Of a stretch of DNA of 64,000 bases, positions 58,442 to 64,000 are shown piece by piece. The notes under the pieces were generated by a model. The model was not told the DNA's origin, made no database searches, and was given only the letters and a program-made list of their open reading frames with translations. Origin of the DNA: a virus. The DNA lies in the IMG/VR virus record IMGVR_UViG_3300049793_000099, positions 32,911-96,910 of that record. One strand, 5' to 3'. Each line of letters opens with the position of its first letter. The stretch's first letter is position 1. Both the position numbers and the translations under genes were made by a program.

Positions 58442-60838
58442 TTATGTAGTTGTTTTTTTCTTAATTCTAGAAATTTGATTAGCTTCTTTCTTTAATTCTA
58501 CATTATCCGCGTGTTTTGACATATCATTATCTAATACTTTTAATTTAAGATTGTAATCAGCTCTAGCTTTATTTATATCAAATTGAAATTTCTCTTGATC
58601 TAAAGGATCTCTAATACCATCATCAACAATTCTATCTTTATTAACATCTTTTCCTAATTCTGCAATATAAACTTTAGTTTCATTATCTCTTTGATTTTTT
58701 AAATCTTCAAGTTCTAGTTTCCTATTTTCTAAATCAACCATTGCAGCATTTGCTTCCTGTTGTGTTTTATTAGCTTCTTGTGCTTGTTGAGATTGATTTT
58801 GTTGCATAGTTTCTTCAGCAGTTTCTAACTTGCGTCTCATATCCATTAATGAAGGACTAAAATAAATATCCATAATTGTAGTCATTGATCCACCATTTTG
58901 AATAAATGCTTGAGCATATTGTTTAATAGCTTGTTCAAGTTCAATTATTTTAGGAGTATTAGATACTAATAACCCATAATCAGATTCAGCAAAAGTTTCA
59001 CCTTCCATATTAAGAATCTCAATAGTTTGATCATCTAAAATATATTGTACTTTTTTATTCTCAACATCCTTTAATGCAATTTTAGCAGTTTCTAAGAAAG
59101 CCTCTAATACTCTAATTTTAACAGCTTCGTGTTGCATATACCAATATTCAGTAATATGGCTTGATTGATTTACAGAACGTTCTACACCACCTACCGTTTC
59201 TCTATTGGAAATCTGACCTTCACGTTGTCTTGATACACCACACAATTCACCCATCTCCATTTTAATAAACTCAAGTAATTGTATGTGTTGTTGGATATAA
59301 GCACCAGTTTCCATATCAATAGCTCTACCACCAATAGTATTCATATTACCTGCAAGTTTACCTGTAGATTGCCCATGTTGACCTTCTTTAAACGAATCTA
59401 CTACAGCAATCTTATTTACTACTGCAAAATGCATCCATTTTTCAATTTCCCAATTAGTTGGAACTTTGGCTAAATCAAGTTCTAATATTTTACCATAATT
59501 TGTAGATATTGCTTTATTAAGTCTATCAAACATTACATCGTACATATATTGAAAATTTTTAGCTCTATCTACTAAAGATACAGCCTTTCCTTGATTTGTA
59601 TTATATATTTGTCCAATTATACCTAAATGACCTTTAGATGGGTTATTAGCTTTTACATATTGCACTTGAAGAGGTCTCATTTTAAGATAAATATCTTTAC
59701 CTAATTTAACACCTTCCCAACCTTCAGACACCCAAAAGTCAGTAGATTCTTCACCTAAATTTTTATCTATTTTATATTCTTCAGATTCAAATCTAAATTG
59801 TTCATCACCATATTCATCATAAAATTTAATCTTTTTAATTTTACGTAATGATTTCCATCTAACCTTTAACTCTCTAATATTACCATTTTCATCAGTATAA
59901 TTAGTATTAAAATAATGACCATTTAATTCAGCCATTTGGGTCATACTCTCAAACAATCCTGCAGAATCTGTTCTATCTCTAAATAATGTATGATTGTCTT
60001 GATCATCTGAATATGTACCTTTACCTGACCTTGTAGAATATTCTAATAAACAATCTATTTCTTCAGGTTTAAGTTCATCATAATATTCATCTACTAATTG
60101 ATTAGGTGATTTATGATCTTCCATAATAATAATATCTGCATCTTCAAATCGATTAGAATTACCAGTTCTAATTGCATGTACCTTTAATGGATTTAATTTA
60201 TCAAAGGTAGGTTCTCCATGAGATATATCAATTAAGTATATTTCTTCTGCAACAAGTAATGCATCTTTAAAACCATCTGTAAATTTTTCAGAAAACTTTA
60301 ATTCTTGCCAATAATGTCTAAGAATTTGATTTGCCATTTTTTCACGAAGATCTTGCCAAGTGTATTTCATATACTTACCTAACTCATCCATTTTTTTCTG
60401 TAATTCTTCTTCCTGATAATTTTCTTCTAACATTTTACTAAGTTTTTGAAAAAGAAATGTTTTTTTGTCCTCTTCTTTTTTAGTAATTGCATCAGGATTA
60501 GTTACAATAACAGACCAATCAAACCTACGTTTAATTTCTTCACCAACTAATAAATCAATTTTAGGTACAATGATAGGGATATGAGGTATTTGTTGAGGTA
60601 CATAACTAGCTTCTAAATGATGAGGATTAACAACTTCTGTTAAATCTTGCATATCTAAAATACCATTATAAAGATTATAATTAATAATTTTATTTTTAAA
60701 TGTACGTCTTACACCATCGTCGTGATAAAATGAATATTTATCAGAGAAATCTAAATTATCTTTTCTCCATTCTTTATCTTTTTTATTATACGGTAACCTT
60801 TGTCGAGGTTGTTGGATTCTTAAATTTCTACCTTCCAT
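58442..60838 (-). CDS. Portal protein
   Basis: 798 aa; PRQRLP, NYNLYNG, PII.PKI.LLVGEE and GVSRQREG; C-terminal coiled coil; follows TerL. Confidence 0.9.
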   Translation of the reverse strand: MEGRNLRIQQPRQRLPYNKKDKEWRKDNLDFSDKYSFYHDDGVRRTFKNKIINYNLYNGILDMQDLTEVVNPHHLEASYVPQQIPHIPIIVPKIDLLVGEEIKRRFDWSVIVTNPDAITKKEEDKKTFLFQKLSKMLEENYQEEELQKKMDELGKYMKYTWQDLREKMANQILRHYWQELKFSEKFTDGFKDALLVAEEIYLIDISHGEPTFDKLNPLKVHAIRTGNSNRFEDADIIIMEDHKSPNQLVDEYYDELKPEEIDCLLEYSTRSGKGTYSDDQDNHTLFRDRTDSAGLFESMTQMAELNGHYFNTNYTDENGNIRELKVRWKSLRKIKKIKFYDEYGDEQFRFESEEYKIDKNLGEESTDFWVSEGWEGVKLGKDIYLKMRPLQVQYVKANNPSKGHLGIIGQIYNTNQGKAVSLVDRAKNFQYMYDVMFDRLNKAISTNYGKILELDLAKVPTNWEIEKWMHFAVVNKIAVVDSFKEGQHGQSTGKLAGNMNTIGGRAIDMETGAYIQQHIQLLEFIKMEMGELCGVSRQREGQISNRETVGGVERSVNQSSHITEYWYMQHEAVKIRVLEAFLETAKIALKDVENKKVQYILDDQTIEILNMEGETFAESDYGLLVSNTPKIIELEQAIKQYAQAFIQNGGSMTTIMDIYFSPSLMDMRRKLETAEETMQQNQSQQAQEANKTQQEANAAMVDLENRKLELEDLKNQRDNETKVYIAELGKDVNKDRIVDDGIRDPLDQEKFQFDINKARADYNLKLKVLDNDMSKHADNVELKKEANQISRIKKKTTT

Positions 60839-60906
60839 TTATCTAAATTTATTTAACTTTACAATATACAACATTTTACTTTTAATTCAAAGTAGTATGT
60901 GATATA

Positions 60907-63177
60907 TTAATAGTATATTTGTTTTTCGTTCATAGCGTTTGGTTTATTAAAGTTTTTATTGAAAAATTTATCATTTGCTAAAGTATATATCTGTTTATCT
61001 TTATTAGCTATTGCAGATTGTGTTCGTTTATATCTATCTTCTCGAAGTATAAATAACATGCCTCCTGCAGATACCCTATCAAAGTTACCATCAGAATTCC
61101 ATTTAATACATTCTTCAATATATGCTAAACCTCTCATAGTATGTAGTTTTAATTTACCAGGATTTTCTTCATCTTCTACAGAGGTATTCATCCAATCAGC
61201 TTGTAATTTTCTACCCCATTTATTTACTTCAGCATTAGCCATTGTCCCTTTTGATGTGTTACCGTATCCCATATCTTTAGTCATTTGCATATCTTTAAGA
61301 ATTTGAGGAGTATCGCATAATCTAAATAAAGCATTTTTTTTATCAAAATAACTAAATAAACCTTTTAAGTTTTTTTCATAGTTAGCGATAGCATTATAAA
61401 ATTCTAATAACCTTAGTGATATTTCGTAGGCTTCTTCGGCTAATCTAGGTCTTCCTGAAAACTCTGCAACAATTCTATCTGTAAATAAATCCATCACCTG
61501 TATTGAAAATAATGAAGTACCTGAATCAGCATCAATAGGGTCAATACCTGCAATATATCTACCATGAGCTATTTCACCATTTGCATTTTCTGAAGGCATT
61601 TCAAATATTTCTAAACATCCTTCACGATTAGCATTATCCTTATCATAACTTCTTAATGGAAATTTATTATTATTTAATCTCCATTTAAGTTTACCATCAC
61701 CAGTTCTAACTATTTCTCCAACATAATGTTCCGCTAAGAAAGATTCTTTTCTAACCATTATAGATTCTAAATAATCTTTAAGATCTGATACTGGAAATAC
61801 AGTACCCTCAGTACGCATAATAGCATCTTGAGGTGTAATACATTCTTCTGCTTTCTTTTGAGTGATTGCAGATGGATCTGTAGAACTATATTTAACTAAA
61901 TGCCTGTCTAATAATATTTCTATTAAAGCTTTAATAATATCAGGTTCACCGATTTCTTCATCGTAACAATTTTTACGATTCATATACGCTCCCCAAAAAA
62001 AACCACATAGAGTATCACCATTTGAATTTTTATCAAATACATTTGGAATACCATATATATTATACGCTCCAGGACTATAAAATAGTTTTTCAGATCCTTC
62101 AAATGAACCTCCTTCAACTCCTCCTGTCCCAGCAGCAATCATAAATCCAAATGTAGTATTACCATCTTCAACAGCTTTTCTATTTACATTCCAAGCTTTT
62201 TCAAGATTATTAAAAAGACCGTCTTCTTCATAATGAATCAAAGGTCCTCGAATACCCCTAGCTTTATCAGGATTATCTTTTAATGATATACCGTGGACAG
62301 AAGCTAAATTACCTTTACGTACTCCATACTCATCTTTAAAACCCAATTGTATCTCCAATGTACTACCCGCTCTATCTACAACTCTCATTCTTTCTAAAGG
62401 AGTTGTTTCTGCAATCCAGTCTAAACAATCTACAATTTTACCCCAAATACCTTTATCTCCAGATAAGAAACCTTTATCAGAAGCTAAATGGAAGTTAGGA
62501 TTACCTGATCCTGGATAAACATATATATTACGAGGGCTCCAAGATGCAGCTTTAAAGCTCATACCACAACCTCTGGTTTTTAAAAGTTTACCATGTTTAC
62601 CTCTACGTTTACATTGCTCAACATAATGATGAAATAGATAATCTCCTAACCAAGGTTTAGCAAATTTACGAACACGTTCTCCTTGTGACTTAGCACCATC
62701 TGATTGTGTACCTGCTTGTTCTACTAACCAAATTGGGGAATAGTTCCAATAGAAATATAACTCTCCAGGAATCCATTCTCCATCTGATTCTCTAACTAAA
62801 CCATACTTCCATCTACTAAGTTCTTGTTTCCAAAATAAACCATATTCTGATTTAGGATTTGGGTTAGGAGTAAGATGTGTATATTTACCATGTTTCTCAA
62901 AGAATAAAGCTTTTTCTCTAAAAAAGTCCATATTTTCTAATATATGAGGGTTAGTTAAATCAACTTCTATTCTACCATCATTATAATCTTTAGATTTAGA
63001 TTTATCTTTAGCATAACCTCTTATATTTTCTGTACAAATTAAATTTTTAATAAATGTAATTGAACTTAAAGTATCTATTAACTCTAACCAAACTTCTCTT
63101 GGAACTGAATTTTTAATTTCATCTGTTAGTTTAGTTTGGTAGTTATTCATCTTATAAAGAGTTTCTATTCCTTCCAT
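60907..63177 (-). CDS. terL: Terminase large subunit
   Basis: LKTRGCGMS Walker A, YEEDG Walker B, GTGG, AGIDPID nuclease motif and GNFDRVSA. Confidence 0.93.
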   Translation of the reverse strand: MEGIETLYKMNNYQTKLTDEIKNSVPREVWLELIDTLSSITFIKNLICTENIRGYAKDKSKSKDYNDGRIEVDLTNPHILENMDFFREKALFFEKHGKYTHLTPNPNPKSEYGLFWKQELSRWKYGLVRESDGEWIPGELYFYWNYSPIWLVEQAGTQSDGAKSQGERVRKFAKPWLGDYLFHHYVEQCKRRGKHGKLLKTRGCGMSFKAASWSPRNIYVYPGSGNPNFHLASDKGFLSGDKGIWGKIVDCLDWIAETTPLERMRVVDRAGSTLEIQLGFKDEYGVRKGNLASVHGISLKDNPDKARGIRGPLIHYEEDGLFNNLEKAWNVNRKAVEDGNTTFGFMIAAGTGGVEGGSFEGSEKLFYSPGAYNIYGIPNVFDKNSNGDTLCGFFWGAYMNRKNCYDEEIGEPDIIKALIEILLDRHLVKYSSTDPSAITQKKAEECITPQDAIMRTEGTVFPVSDLKDYLESIMVRKESFLAEHYVGEIVRTGDGKLKWRLNNNKFPLRSYDKDNANREGCLEIFEMPSENANGEIAHGRYIAGIDPIDADSGTSLFSIQVMDLFTDRIVAEFSGRPRLAEEAYEISLRLLEFYNAIANYEKNLKGLFSYFDKKNALFRLCDTPQILKDMQMTKDMGYGNTSKGTMANAEVNKWGRKLQADWMNTSVEDEENPGKLKLHTMRGLAYIEECIKWNSDGNFDRVSAGGMLFILREDRYKRTQSAIANKDKQIYTLANDKFFNKNFNKPNAMNEKQIYY

Positions 63178-64000
63178 TCATTTTGATTTAAAACTACAGC
63201 TTCAGTACTGAGTATAACTTTAGCAACAGATACTGCGTTCTCTAATGCACATCTAGTTACCTTTAATGGGTCTATAATATTTTCTTCAAATCTATTTGAA
63301 TTATGAAAATTTGAAGAACCATTATTTATAATTGTGAAATAAGGTTTTAATAAACTATTATATAAATAACTTTCTAAAGAATTATCTTCTTTTAAATTAA
63401 TATCTCCTTTAAGTTTAATTACTACTTTAAATAAAGCACTACCTCCACCTTCAACAATTCCTTCTTCTAATGCACAAGCTACAGCTTTAACAGCATCATC
63501 ATATCTATCGAAACGTTCTTTCATTTCAAGTTCCGATTTACCACCAACTTTAATAATAGATATTTTACCTTTAAGGTATTCAATTCTTTGTTTAATTAAA
63601 TCTTTATCGTGCTCAACTAATTCTATATTTTTAGATAATTCAATTAGGTTTTCTAATTTATCAGAAACATTTATAGAATCATCTTTAACTAATATACTAT
63701 TATTTTTAGATATTTTACAAGATTGTAATTTACCAAGAATATTTGTGTTATAAGATTTAGACAAATCAGTAATAAGTGTACTTCCAGTGAAGTCACATAA
63801 ATCTTGTAATAGATCTTTGCGGTGTTTAGAGAATCCTGGTGACTTAATAACACATATAGGTAATGATTGTGATAGAACAAACGTTTCAAGCTTTCTAAGA
63901 GTTTGTTCATGAATATCTTCAACAATTATTAATAATGAATTATTAGATTGTTGTGTTAATTCTAATATATTTCTAAAGTTTTCTAATTTTTCTAATTTAC
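63165..64000 (-). CDS. groEL: GroEL-like chaperonin, 5' truncated by the window edge
   Basis: Frame is open to 64000: LLIIVEDI, KSPGFSKHRKDLLQDL, IKVGGKSELEMKER.DR.DDA, ALEEGIVEGGG and IIDPLKVTRCALENAVSVA. Confidence 0.92.
   Translation of the reverse strand, partial: KLEKLENFRNILELTQQSNNSLLIIVEDIHEQTLRKLETFVLSQSLPICVIKSPGFSKHRKDLLQDLCDFTGSTLITDLSKSYNTNILGKLQSCKISKNNSILVKDDSINVSDKLENLIELSKNIELVEHDKDLIKQRIEYLKGKISIIKVGGKSELEMKERFDRYDDAVKAVACALEEGIVEGGGSALFKVVIKLKGDINLKEDNSLESYLYNSLLKPYFTIINNGSSNFHNSNRFEENIIDPLKVTRCALENAVSVAKVILSTEAVVLNQNEWKE

Noticed and set aside
60861-60891. Promoter upstream of the portal gene (minus strand TTTG-N19-TATATTGT)
   Set aside because: The -7 box departs from TAnnTTTG, which is too weak to call in such AT-rich DNA.
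7435-63177. Introns or inteins in nrdA, nrdB, RNAP or terL
   Set aside because: All four are continuous ORFs of ordinary length with no visible splice or homing-endonuclease motifs.
812-63925. Short opposite-strand or alternate-frame ORFs in the track (e.g. 812-1003, 7522-7767, 34568-34873, 47018-47371, 56131-56772, 60959-61306, 63689-63925)
   Set aside because: They lie wholly within well-supported genes, have no recognisable motifs and look like shadow ORFs.
1-64000. Genome-wide stop-codon reassignment (TGA or TAG), as in some crAss-like phages
   Set aside because: Long genes on both arms are intact under code 11, Trp is encoded by TGG, and TGA/TAG end several genes, often in ATGA overlaps. 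Only one in-frame TGA was found.

Overview
Very AT-rich 64 kb segment of a crAss-like (Crassvirales-type, Cellulophaga phi14:2-like) podovirus genome. The host is probably a Bacteroidota/Flavobacteriia member, judged from TTTG-N20-TAnnTTTG promoters, A-rich leaders without Shine-Dalgarno and a Flavobacterium-type RNR. Two convergent arms meet at a bidirectional terminator near 16.2 kb. The + arm (1-16.2 kb) carries a COOH-NH2 ligase / class II glutamine amidotransferase / amidoligase cluster, a degenerate UDG-fold protein, RusA-like and PD-(D/E)xK nucleases, a class Id-like ribonucleotide reductase, a structured 300-nt intergenic region, an SF2 helicase, MazG-like proteins, a metallophosphoesterase interrupted by an in-frame TGA, and ThyX. 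The - arm (64 kb to 16.2 kb) carries a GroEL-like chaperonin, TerL, portal, scaffold, major capsid, head/tail proteins, three mosaic tail fibres, a GH19 lysis cassette, the tail muzzle, and five virion cargo proteins including the 2124-aa virion RNA polymerase. The best leads are the peptide-ligase cluster next to a catalytically altered UDG, a cargo protein divided by repeated xxxGG motifs around an inserted zincin, two candidate structured RNAs after nrdA (one tRNA-like), and a late promoter hidden in coding sequence upstream of the RNAP gene. All family assignments come from motif recognition by eye; no searches were run.
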